Assembly: GCA_018304385.1 (NCBI GenBank)
Contig: JAGVWJ010000017.1
Coordinates: 1-46,109 of the forward strand
Direction: 5' to 3'
Length of the DNA: 46,109 bases
Source: Candidatus Micrarchaeota archaeon
GTDB lineage: Archaea; Micrarchaeota; Micrarchaeia; Anstonellales; Bilamarchaeaceae
Shown: piece after piece, positions 37,199 through 46,109 of the stretch
How positions within the stretch are numbered: position 1 is the first letter of the stretch
Layout: each line of letters begins with the position of its first letter
Program-made: the position numbers and the translations under genes
Notes under the pieces: model-generated
What the model was told of the DNA's origin: nothing
Seen by the model: only the letters and a program-made list of their open reading frames with translations
Database searches by the model: none

Positions 37199-38401
37199 AT
37201 GGATAATCAGTATATCGAACGTGAAGTTAAAGAAAAATTCGAAAGAATTTCTTCCATATACAATCTGGTAGCGTTAGTTGGACCACGGCAAACAGGGAAA
37301 ACAACTTTTCTTAAAAAGCTTCTAAGTGGGCCGGATAGCTCTTATATTAGCTTGGATGATCCGGATGCGAGAGAGCTGTTTGATGCGGATATTAAAAAAT
37401 TCGAAAATCAATATATTAAGGATTATAAAATCATTATTATTGATGAGGTTCAATATGGCAAAGATGCCGGGCTAAAGCTGAAATATCTGGCAGACAAACA
37501 CAAAAATAAAAAAATCTGGATAACTTCGTCCTCACAAATTATTTTGAGTAAAGAGGTTTTATCATGGCTGGTTGGTAGGGTATCTGTAATCAATATCTAC
37601 CCATTTTCACTAAACGAATTCCTGATATCAAAAAATCAAAAAGAGATTACTCCAACAATTCTACAAAGAAATATAACAGAGCATGTAATATATGGGGGGT
37701 ATCCAAAAGTAGTTCTTACTGAAGAAAGAGAAGCTAAGAAAACTCTTCTCAAGGACCTTTCTGAGACGATGATTCTAAAAGATATGGCAAAAACATTCTC
37801 AATTGAGGACGTTTCATCTTTGGAAAAAACATCAAGATATCTTTCTAATTTTATAGGAAATGTAATAATCTACGAAAATATTTCACGTGAAATTGGTATA
37901 TCTTTCCAGACGATAAAGAAATACCTAGATGCAATGGAGAAGAGCTATCTTATTATAAGATTACAGCCATTTTTTAATAATAAACTTAGTGAAGTAATTA
38001 AACATCCAAAATTATATTTTGTAGATACAGGGATGAGAAGTGCAATTGCAAATCAGTTTCCTATTTCACTTGAGAAAGAGGGTCCGCTTTTTGAAAATTA
38101 TATATTAAACGAAATCTTAAAAATGGGGTTCACAGTAAAATACTGGCTTACGAAAAGCAAGGCAGAAGTGGATTTTGTAATTGAAAAAGACAACGAGATT
38201 ATTCCTGTAGAAGTAAAAATAACCCCAACTGTCGGTAAGGTAGCTGTTAGTTTCAGGTCATTCATAGAGCGATATAAACCAAAAAGAGGTTTCATCGTTT
38301 ATTATAAAGGCGAGCACCAGGAAGTTGAGGTTAACGGATGCAAGGTTTTATTTACTGATATTTTAGGTTTGCAGAAGGTACTTATTAAATCCAGCGAATG
38401 A
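37199..38401 (+). CDS. AAA+ ATPase with DUF4143 and C-terminal PD-(D/E)xK-like domain
   Basis: GPRQTGKT, IIIIDEVQ, GGYP, PKLYFVDTG, EVDFVI...PVEVK. Confidence 0.92.
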   Translation: MDNQYIEREVKEKFERISSIYNLVALVGPRQTGKTTFLKKLLSGPDSSYISLDDPDARELFDADIKKFENQYIKDYKIIIIDEVQYGKDAGLKLKYLADKHKNKKIWITSSSQIILSKEVLSWLVGRVSVINIYPFSLNEFLISKNQKEITPTILQRNITEHVIYGGYPKVVLTEEREAKKTLLKDLSETMILKDMAKTFSIEDVSSLEKTSRYLSNFIGNVIIYENISREIGISFQTIKKYLDAMEKSYLIIRLQPFFNNKLSEVIKHPKLYFVDTGMRSAIANQFPISLEKEGPLFENYILNEILKMGFTVKYWLTKSKAEVDFVIEKDNEIIPVEVKITPTVGKVAVSFRSFIERYKPKRGFIVYYKGEHQEVEVNGCKVLFTDILGLQKVLIKSSE

Positions 38402-38500
38402 GAGCGCTAGAATATTTAAATGCTGCTGGGAAAATGCAAGGATTCCTAAGAAAGAAGGATCGAAAAAGAAGTTGAGGGGGGGTTGGAAGTTTGCCTTATG

Positions 38501-39241
38501 TTATGGTTGGGGTATGTATTTTTCAATACGCGAAGCTAAAAGTGCGGGATGTTGCAGGTACGCCATTAAAGACGGGATGTGGTGAGTGCCATAAACAACA
38601 ACCACGATTTCTGGCGATTCTTTTTCTATAAAATCTTTTAATTTAGAGGCAACAATAACATCACGGCGATATGTATCACCAACATGTAGAAAAAACTTCA
38701 TGTTTGCAAAACGAAGAACTGCTAAAGCACCTATAGCTTTGATCACGGTTGTTGCAAACGTCGACCCAACAAGAAGATAGTCAGCAAAAGCAAAAAGCGG
38801 AACAGCCACAGGCAAGCCATATATAGCAACACCACTAAGCAAAAGTTTCCATCTTGGGGTAGTCTCCGGCTCAAAGCAATGAACTTTTTTGTGCAACTTT
38901 GTTGCTAACTGTTCGATTGATTGAAAGAATTGAAAAGCTGGCCATTTTTTTATTCCTGTTTCAGAAATATCGAACTTTGATCGTATTTTTCGATACGATT
39001 TTGAATCACCCTCAAGTACGACAACTGAAGCCTGTGCGATGTCATTTTCTAACAAAGGAGCGTAACGAGCAAACGTAGCAGGAATGTGGCTAACCCCAAC
39101 GAAGCGAATATTAGTTTGATTATATTGCATTTCACGAACTGTTCTAAAGGCACCTTCATTAGTAAATTGTGCACGAAAACAGGCTAGATTTAGGGCATAC
39201 TGCCTTGCTGTCACCTGGGCTGCTAAAAGTATCCTTCCCAT
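38501..39241 (-). CDS. TraB/GumN-like (Tiki superfamily) protein
   Basis: FVGVSH, VVVLEG, RRDVIVA, VVVVYGTHH pattern. Confidence 0.55.
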   Translation of the reverse strand: MGRILLAAQVTARQYALNLACFRAQFTNEGAFRTVREMQYNQTNIRFVGVSHIPATFARYAPLLENDIAQASVVVLEGDSKSYRKIRSKFDISETGIKKWPAFQFFQSIEQLATKLHKKVHCFEPETTPRWKLLLSGVAIYGLPVAVPLFAFADYLLVGSTFATTVIKAIGALAVLRFANMKFFLHVGDTYRRDVIVASKLKDFIEKESPEIVVVVYGTHHIPSLMAYLQHPALLASRIEKYIPQP

Positions 39242-39494
39242 ATACATAATATAATAATATATCACAGAATATTTAAAAATACCACTCATAAAAATGAAAA
39301 TGATGGCGTAATTACAACCTCTGAGAAATAATATCAGTATAGTCTTCACTGTGTACGGATAAACTTCGTTTCTCGCCGAAGTGACGGATGGGTATGGGTA
39401 AACATTTAAAAACCATACGAATTAACTTTCTATTCTAATTATAATATTTATGTTATCCGACAGGCGTAAAAATAAATGTTCAAAGGGTGGTTTA

Positions 39495-41477
39495 ATGTCC
39501 AGTCTAACTGAGAAAATAATTAGAGCGCATTTGGTAGAGTGCCAGGGGCAAACCCCTAGCGCAACCCCCGCAGAGCTAACAAGAGGAAAAGAAATAGCAA
39601 TAAAAATAGACCAAGCGCTTACGCAGGATGCAACAGGTACAATGACATTTTTGGAATTTGAGGCAATGGACATCCCAGCAGTAAAAACAGATGTTGCAGT
39701 TAGCTATGTTGATCACAATATGCTTCAAACTGATTTTAGAAATCCAGACGATCACCTTTATCTTCAAAGTGTTGCAGCGAGATTTGGTGCATACTATTCA
39801 AAACCAGGAAATGGTATTTGTCATCAGGTTCATTTAGAGCGGTTTTCTGCACCAGGCAAAACACTGTTAGGAGGGGATTCGCACACACCAACATGCGGGG
39901 GCGCAGGCATGCTTGCAATTGGAGCTGGCGGGTTAGATGTTGCAATCGCAATGGGTGGAGGTCCATTTTATTTTGAAATGCCAAAAATAATTGGCGTAAG
40001 ACTTGTTGGAAAACTTCCAGAATGGAGCGCAGCAAAAGATGTTATTCTCGAGATGCTAAAGCGCTTAACAGTAAAAGGCGGAGTTGGAAAAATATTCGAA
40101 TACTTTGGTCCAGCTGTAAAAACATTAAGCGTACCGGAGCGTTCTACAATTACGAACATGGGTGCAGAATTAGGTGCAACAACAAGCATTTTTCCAAGTG
40201 ATGAAACTACTTATCAATATCTAAAGATGCAATCAAGAGAGCATTTATGGGTAGAAACACATGGTGATGAGCGGGATAGTGATTATGACGAGATTATTGA
40301 AATAGATTTAAGCAAGCTTGAACCGCTTATGGCAAAGCCACATTCGCCAGATATGGTCGTACCAGTAAAAGAACTCAAAGGAACAAAAGTAAGTCAGGTA
40401 ATTATTGGCTCATGCACTAATAGCTCGTTTAGGGATTTAATGACAGTTGCAACAATAATGAAAGGCAAGAAAGTTCATCCAAATGTAAGTTTTGCAGTTG
40501 TTCCAGGTTCAAAACAGGTTTATGAACAAATTGCACGCAATGGCGCACTCGCAGATCTTATAAGCGCAGGCGCACGCATTTTGGAAAGCGCTTGCGGTCC
40601 ATGTATTGGGATGGGTCAGGCACCTTCAAGCCAAGGAGTAAGCGTTCGTTCGTTCAATAGAAATTTCCAAGGAAGATGTGGAACACCTGATGCATTTGTT
40701 TATCTTACATCACCAGAGGTTTGTGCTGCATGCGCGCTTACTGGAGAAATAACAGATCCGCGCGAACTCGGGCAAGTACCAAAAATCGAATGGCCAGAGC
40801 GATTGGCAATTGATGATTCTATGATAATTCCTCCGCCTGCAGATAAACAAAGCGTTGAGATAATCAGAGGGCCAAATATAAAACCATTACCAGAAATGAA
40901 GCCATTGGAAAATGCTTTCACAAAAGAGGTACTCATAAAAGTCGGAGACAATGTAACCACAGATCACATTATGCCAGCAGGTGCAAAGATATTACCGCTT
41001 AGGAGCAACATTCCAGCAATAAGCGAATTTGTATTTAGTGCAGTTGATCCAAAATTTGTTGCACGCGCAAAAGAAAAACAAGGCGGAATAATTGTTGGTG
41101 GAGATAATTATGGACAAGGAAGTTCGCGCGAACATGCAGCAATCGCACCACTTTATCTTGGTGTTAAGGCAGTTATAACAAAGAAATTTGCAAGAATCCA
41201 CAAAGCGAATTTGCTTAACTTTGGCATACTTCCACTTACATTTATTGATCCGCAGGATTATGATAAAATAGAACAAGGGGATGTTCTTGAAATTGGCGGC
41301 ATTATATCCGCAGTTAATAATGGCGGTGTAATACAAGTAAAGAACGTTACAAAAGGGTATGAATTTTCAACAAAGTGTGATGTTACAAAGAGAAATGCAG
41401 AAATGCTTTTGGCAGGCGGCTTGATAAATCTTACAAAAAATGCTACAAAAACTGTGGCAATGGGCATTGGGCAGTGA
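39495..41477 (+). CDS. acn: Aconitate hydratase
   Basis: QDATG, DHN, GNGICHQ, DSHT, GSCTN, CGPCIG, NRNF, TTDHI, GQGSSREHA. Confidence 0.96.
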   Translation: MSSLTEKIIRAHLVECQGQTPSATPAELTRGKEIAIKIDQALTQDATGTMTFLEFEAMDIPAVKTDVAVSYVDHNMLQTDFRNPDDHLYLQSVAARFGAYYSKPGNGICHQVHLERFSAPGKTLLGGDSHTPTCGGAGMLAIGAGGLDVAIAMGGGPFYFEMPKIIGVRLVGKLPEWSAAKDVILEMLKRLTVKGGVGKIFEYFGPAVKTLSVPERSTITNMGAELGATTSIFPSDETTYQYLKMQSREHLWVETHGDERDSDYDEIIEIDLSKLEPLMAKPHSPDMVVPVKELKGTKVSQVIIGSCTNSSFRDLMTVATIMKGKKVHPNVSFAVVPGSKQVYEQIARNGALADLISAGARILESACGPCIGMGQAPSSQGVSVRSFNRNFQGRCGTPDAFVYLTSPEVCAACALTGEITDPRELGQVPKIEWPERLAIDDSMIIPPPADKQSVEIIRGPNIKPLPEMKPLENAFTKEVLIKVGDNVTTDHIMPAGAKILPLRSNIPAISEFVFSAVDPKFVARAKEKQGGIIVGGDNYGQGSSREHAAIAPLYLGVKAVITKKFARIHKANLLNFGILPLTFIDPQDYDKIEQGDVLEIGGIISAVNNGGVIQVKNVTKGYEFSTKCDVTKRNAEMLLAGGLINLTKNATKTVAMGIGQ

Positions 41478-41485
41478 GCCATGAG
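41458..41485 (+). repeat. Heptamer repeats overlapping the aconitase stop
   Basis: CAATGGG CATTGGG CAGTGAG CCATGAG; the TGA stop is inside the third unit. Confidence 0.8.
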
Positions 41486-41511
41486 CTAATAACTAAATGG
41501 AGGCAAATATT

Positions 41512-42756
41512 ATGGCAGTAGAATTTTCAGATCTAAAACCACCTGGAGAAGGCAGTGCAATCTATATGAATGGTGGCAAACTGCATGTCCCAGACAATCC
41601 AATTATTCCTATAATAGAAGGAGATGGCGTAGGCATTGACATCTCTCCAGTTATGAAAAGAGTAGTAGATGAGGCAGTAAAAAAAGCATACAATGGAAAA
41701 AGGCATATTGTATGGTTTAAAATTTTAGCAGGCGATGAAAGTTTTAACAAATATAAAACATATTTACCTGATGATACTGTAAAAGCAGTTCAGCATTATC
41801 TAGTTGCAATAAAAGGTCCGCTTACAACACCAGTTGGCGGCGGCCATAGAAGCCTTAATGTTACAATGAGGCAGATGCTTGATTTATACTGCTGTGTAAG
41901 ACCAGTTCGTTATTTTGATGGCGTGCCAGCTCCAGTAAAAGAGCCACAAAAACTTAATGTTGTTGTATTCAGAGAAAACACAGAAGATGTTTACGCTGGC
42001 ATAGAATGGAAACAAGGTACTGAAGAAGTAAAAAAGATGATTAATTTTCTTAATAATGAAATGGGCAAAAAGATTCCAGAGGATTCTGGAATAGGAATAA
42101 AACCAATGAGCATAACACGTACCAAGCGTCTTGTTGAGGCTGCAATAAATTACGCAATAAAATACAATAGAAAAACAGTTACGCTAATGCATAAAGGAAA
42201 TATTATGAAGTTTACAGAAGGTGCATTCCGCGAATGGGGGTATGAAGTAGCAAAAGAGAAATTCAGGGATAAAATTGTTACAGAAGAAGAAGTGAATCAA
42301 GGTGCGAGCAAGGAAGGAAAGATTTTAGTTAATGATCGTATTGCAGATAGCATGTTTCAGCAGATATTGCTAAGGCCAGATGAATATGATGTTATTGCCA
42401 CACCAAATCTAAATGGTGATTATATTAGTGATGCAGCAGCAGCGCAGGTTGGTGGTTTAGGTATTGCGCCAGGTGGCAATATTAATTATGTAACAGGCCA
42501 TGGATTTTTCGAAGCAACACATGGCACTGCGCCAAAGCATGCTGGCCAGGATAAAGTAAACCCAGGTTCGCTTCTTTTATCTGCAGCAATGATGCTTGAG
42601 TATATGGGATGGACAGAGGCTGCAGATCTTATCACAAAAGGTTTCGAAGAAACAATAAAACAAAAAACAGTTACATACGATCTCGCAAGGCAAACAGATG
42701 GAGCGAGAGAGGTAAAATGTTCGGAATTTGGAGAAGCGATAATAAAGAATATGTAA
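41512..42756 (+). CDS. icd: NADP-dependent isocitrate dehydrogenase (E. coli type)
   Basis: [53 protein letters not shown]; GGAGG before ATG 41512. Confidence 0.97.
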   Translation: MAVEFSDLKPPGEGSAIYMNGGKLHVPDNPIIPIIEGDGVGIDISPVMKRVVDEAVKKAYNGKRHIVWFKILAGDESFNKYKTYLPDDTVKAVQHYLVAIKGPLTTPVGGGHRSLNVTMRQMLDLYCCVRPVRYFDGVPAPVKEPQKLNVVVFRENTEDVYAGIEWKQGTEEVKKMINFLNNEMGKKIPEDSGIGIKPMSITRTKRLVEAAINYAIKYNRKTVTLMHKGNIMKFTEGAFREWGYEVAKEKFRDKIVTEEEVNQGASKEGKILVNDRIADSMFQQILLRPDEYDVIATPNLNGDYISDAAAAQVGGLGIAPGGNINYVTGHGFFEATHGTAPKHAGQDKVNPGSLLLSAAMMLEYMGWTEAADLITKGFEETIKQKTVTYDLARQTDGAREVKCSEFGEAIIKNM

Positions 42757-42757
42757 G

Positions 42758-43882
42758 GTGATAAGTATTCCACGAAAAAAAATCCGCGAATATGATGCAA
42801 AAAAAATGCTTGCTGCAAACCTAGCCAAATATGGTTATGACATTTCACTAGAGGTAGCTAAGGTTGATGAGCATACCATTAAAGGAAATATGGGCAAGAC
42901 AGTTGAGATTGGCAGTGTCTCAGGTGTGCTTACAAACTTCATAATCGAGCCATTTGTTGAGCATGATAATGAGTATTTCTTGGCAATAATGTCTCAAAGA
43001 GAAGAGGATATAATATTATTTTCTGAAAAAGGAGGAGTAGATGTAGAAGAGCATTGGCATAAAATTATACAAATACCAGTTCCAATAAATGAGAATATAG
43101 AAAACATATCTATAACTACCAGGCTTCCAGTTTCTGGAGAAAGAAAAGAAAGAATCGTTTCATTCATAAAAGCATTATATAAATACTATGTTGATTTCGG
43201 ATGCACATACATTGAAATGAATCCGCTTGCATTCGATAAGCAAGAGAGAGTATATCCACTTGGTTTTGTTTGCGAACTAGATGACTGTGAACATAAATGC
43301 GAAGGCAAATGGAATGGGCTTGAATTTCCACAACCATTTGGTAGAAAATTATATCCTCAAGAAAAATTCGTAGCTGAGCTTGATGATAAAACAGGAGCAT
43401 CACTCAAGCTTACTGTGCTTAATCCAGATGGCAAAATTTGGCTGCTTGTTGCAGGTGGAGGTGCAAGCGTTATATATACAGATACTGTTGTTGATCTAGG
43501 TTATGGTAAAGAGCTTGGAAATTATGGCGAGTATAGCGGCGATCCAAACGAAGAAGAAACATATCATTATGCAAAAACAGTAATTGGGCTGGCGACAAAT
43601 GGAGGGCAAGAAGATAGAACACTTCTTATCGGCGGTGGAGTTGCAAACTTTACAAATGTTGCAAATACTTTCAAAGGCATAATCCGCGCATTGCGTGAAT
43701 CAAAAGAGCACTTGCAAAAAATGAAAATATTTGTGCGCAGAGGCGGCCCTAATTATGAAGAAGGATTAAAGATGATGAGAGAGCTCGGTAATGAGATTAA
43801 TGTAGCTATTGATGTTTACGGTCCTGAAACGCATATGACTAAAATAGTTGACCTTGCGATAAAACAAATGAATGGTCATTAA
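42758..43882 (+). CDS. aclB: ATP citrate lyase, ATP-grasp/citrate-binding subunit, with apparent internal deletion
   Basis: RKKIREYDAK, IIEPFV, GGVDVEE, EMNP, ASLKLTVLN, VAGGGASVIY, NYGEYSG, IGGGVANFT, VRRGGPNY; lacks the VVKPD..GKRGK segment. Confidence 0.92.
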   Translation: MISIPRKKIREYDAKKMLAANLAKYGYDISLEVAKVDEHTIKGNMGKTVEIGSVSGVLTNFIIEPFVEHDNEYFLAIMSQREEDIILFSEKGGVDVEEHWHKIIQIPVPINENIENISITTRLPVSGERKERIVSFIKALYKYYVDFGCTYIEMNPLAFDKQERVYPLGFVCELDDCEHKCEGKWNGLEFPQPFGRKLYPQEKFVAELDDKTGASLKLTVLNPDGKIWLLVAGGGASVIYTDTVVDLGYGKELGNYGEYSGDPNEEETYHYAKTVIGLATNGGQEDRTLLIGGGVANFTNVANTFKGIIRALRESKEHLQKMKIFVRRGGPNYEEGLKMMRELGNEINVAIDVYGPETHMTKIVDLAIKQMNGH

Positions 43883-43883
43883 A

Positions 43884-45692
43884 ATGGAAAATCATAATCT
43901 ATTTTCTAGAGATACAGAGGCATTCATCTATAATCTAAAGGTTGCACCCATACAGCGCATGCTTGATTTTGATTATATCTGCAAGCGAAGCAAACCAAGC
44001 GTTGCAGCAATAATCAATCCTGGCAATAGCGGATATCATAAGGCATTTTTCGGAACAAAAGAAATATTAATACCTGTTTATTCTAAAATTTCAGATGCAG
44101 TTACAGCACATTCGCATGCAGATGTCATGGTAAATTTTGCATCATTTCGTTCTGCTTATTCATCTAGCAAAGAGGCATTAGAAACAAAAACCATACGAAC
44201 AGTTGCAATAATTGCTGAGGGCATGCCTGAGCGCGATGTACGTCAGCTTATTTCAGTTGCAAAGAAAAATAATAAAATTATAATCGGGCCGGCTACTGTT
44301 GGCGGCATTGCAGCAGGTGCATTCCGCATTGGAAACACTGCTGGCACAATTGAAAATATCATTTCATGCAAGCTTTATCGCGCTGGCAGTGTTGGATTTG
44401 TTTCAAAAAGCGGCGGGCTCACAAATGAAATGTGCAATGTTCTTGGCCGCACCACAGATGGTGTTTACGAAGCAATCGCAATTGGCGGAGACCGCTATCC
44501 TGGTTCTACTATGCTGGAGCACATGCTAAGATTCGAACAAAATCCTGAGATAAAAATGATTGTTGGTCTTGGTGAGCTTGGCGGAGATGAAGAGTACGCA
44601 ATAATCGAGGCAAAGAAAAAAGGAAAGATAACCAAGCCAATAGTTATGTGGGTTTCTGGTACATGCACCAAGATATTTCCTGGCGAGGTGCAATTTGGTC
44701 ATGCAGGTGCAAAAACAGGAAAGCTGGAGGAAAGCGCTGATGCAAAGAATAAGGCATTGCGTGACGTTGGTGTTATAGTTCCAAATTCATTTGAGGATTT
44801 TGATAAAAAAATAGCAGAAGTATTCGCAAGCCTTAAGCTACCTGCGAAAAAAGAGCCAGAAGTACCTAAGCTTCCATTGGATTATGATGCAGCAGTAAAG
44901 AAATCAGCTGTTCGCAAGCCAACAAACTTTATATCCACGATAAGTGATGATCGCGGAGATGAACCTTACTATGTAGGCATACCAATGAGCAAGCTTATTG
45001 AGAATAATTATTCCATTGGTGATGTTATCTCTTTATTATGGTTTAAGAAAAGATTACCAGAATATGCAACCAAGTTTATAGAAATGTGTATTATAATTGC
45101 AGCAGATCACGGACCTGCAGTAAGCGGAGCACATAATGCAATTGTGGCTGCGCGCGCAGGCAAGGATACTGTTTCATCATTATGCAGTGGTTTGCTTACA
45201 ATTGGACCGCGTTTTGGTGGTGCAATAGATGATGCTGCAAGATTTTTCAAAGAGGCTTGCGATAAAGGATTAAGCGCTGAACAGTTTGTTGAAGATATGA
45301 AAAAGCAAGGCATGCTTATTCCAGGAATAGGCCATAGAATAAAATCAGCCAAAAATCCAGATAAACGTGTTGAGCTGCTTAAGGAATATGCAAAATCTTT
45401 TCCTTCACATAAATATCTTGATTATGCACTTGCAGTTGAGCAGGTTACATTGAAAAAAGCAGATAATCTGATTTTGAACGTTGATGGTTGCATAGGTGTT
45501 CTATTTGTTGATTTATTTGATTCATGCAAGTTTTCAAAAGAAGAGATAGATGAAATAGTTGAGCTTGGTTACTTGAATGGCATATTTGTATTAGCTAGAA
45601 GCATTGGTCTCATGGGCCATGTGTTTGATCAGAAAAGATTAAAGCAGCCGCTCTATAGGCATCCATGGGATGATATATTATTTCTGCCTTGA
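43884..45692 (+). CDS. aclA: ATP citrate lyase, CoA-binding/phospho-His/CCL subunit
   Basis: QRMLDFD, GPATVGGI, VSKSGG, FGHAGA (phospho-His), DHGPAVSGAHN, GPRFGGA, GIGHRIKS, NVDG, LYRHPWDD. Confidence 0.96.
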   Translation: MENHNLFSRDTEAFIYNLKVAPIQRMLDFDYICKRSKPSVAAIINPGNSGYHKAFFGTKEILIPVYSKISDAVTAHSHADVMVNFASFRSAYSSSKEALETKTIRTVAIIAEGMPERDVRQLISVAKKNNKIIIGPATVGGIAAGAFRIGNTAGTIENIISCKLYRAGSVGFVSKSGGLTNEMCNVLGRTTDGVYEAIAIGGDRYPGSTMLEHMLRFEQNPEIKMIVGLGELGGDEEYAIIEAKKKGKITKPIVMWVSGTCTKIFPGEVQFGHAGAKTGKLEESADAKNKALRDVGVIVPNSFEDFDKKIAEVFASLKLPAKKEPEVPKLPLDYDAAVKKSAVRKPTNFISTISDDRGDEPYYVGIPMSKLIENNYSIGDVISLLWFKKRLPEYATKFIEMCIIIAADHGPAVSGAHNAIVAARAGKDTVSSLCSGLLTIGPRFGGAIDDAARFFKEACDKGLSAEQFVEDMKKQGMLIPGIGHRIKSAKNPDKRVELLKEYAKSFPSHKYLDYALAVEQVTLKKADNLILNVDGCIGVLFVDLFDSCKFSKEEIDEIVELGYLNGIFVLARSIGLMGHVFDQKRLKQPLYRHPWDDILFLP

Positions 45693-45697
45693 GCAAT

Positions 45698-46108
45698 TTA
45701 ATGCGTATGATGTGAGCTACGCATATATGCTTCATCTGCTGGTGTAACCAGACCTGCTTCTAAAAGCGCTTCATAAGGAGAGCTTTTGTAATAAGGCATT
45801 AACCCACCTAATCCATTATTATTAAAATCATTAAAAGTTATCTCTCTTGCTTTCTTCTTTAATCTCCAAATTAACCATCTAATGGAAGCTATTCTAATTC
45901 CCCTTTTATAATATACCCTTGCATGGTTCATTTCCCAAGGGTAAATTTTATCAGTTTTAAATCCAGTTTTAGCATGCTCCTTTATTTCATCTTCAGAATA
46001 AGCATAACCAGCTTCTACTAAAACCTTATAATTAGAGCCTTTATATCGTCCAGCTACTAAACCTTCTAACCCACTAGATCTAAAATCATCTTTAGTTATC
46101 TCTCTAGG
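45698..46108 (-). CDS. 3' part of a third 87-aa-repeat paralogue (runs off the window)
   Basis: Frame open to the window edge (PREITKDDFRSSGLEGL...KIYPWEMNHA...); C-terminus SPYEALLEAGLVTPADEAYMRSSHHTH nearly identical to that of 32998-34134. Confidence 0.88.
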   Translation of the reverse strand, partial: PREITKDDFRSSGLEGLVAGRYKGSNYKVLVEAGYAYSEDEIKEHAKTGFKTDKIYPWEMNHARVYYKRGIRIASIRWLIWRLKKKAREITFNDFNNNGLGGLMPYYKSSPYEALLEAGLVTPADEAYMRSSHHTH

Positions 46109-46109
46109 A

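Noticed and set aside
38434-38475. Tiny basic ORF MQGFLRKKDRKRS after an ATTTAAAT box
   Set aside because: 13 codons, no recognisable family (not L41e-like); cannot be told apart from chance
1-46109. Stop-codon reassignment, prophage or IS element
   Set aside because: TAA, TAG and TGA all end conserved genes at expected lengths; no integrase, transposase or virion genes recognised

Overview
AT-rich archaeal chromosomal segment, most consistent with a DPANN/Micrarchaeota-like genome. This is inferred from gene content: TFB, topoisomerase VI, Dim2/Pno1 KH protein, intron-containing tRNA, and many orphan secreted or lipoprotein genes. Standard genetic code. Housekeeping genes: Lrp regulator, vapBC, tfb, PLD nuclease, top6A/top6B, dim2, pcm, mvk, nth, and an acn-icd-aclB-aclA (ATP citrate lyase) operon. 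Items the ORF track does not show: (1) a dual-guide box C/D sRNA at 7391-7451, whose guides fit tRNA-Leu(CAA) C34 and a conserved 16S helix-34 uridine; (2) a tRNA-Thr(GGU) split by a ~141-nt D-loop insert and a 60-nt anticodon-loop intron; (3) two clean in-frame deletions in conserved genes (TFB ~22 aa; ACL ATP-grasp subunit ~46 aa); (4) recurrent 7-bp-period tandem repeats at gene boundaries; (5) a direct-repeat-flanked hairpin element at the top6A stop. Candidate new systems: a 1950-aa membrane-anchored protein followed by a lipoprotein with a lytic-transglycosylase-like domain, and a GNAT coupled to a strongly divergent class I LysRS-like protein. No CRISPR array, rRNA or transposase was seen. 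All family assignments come from motif recognition by eye, not database searches.
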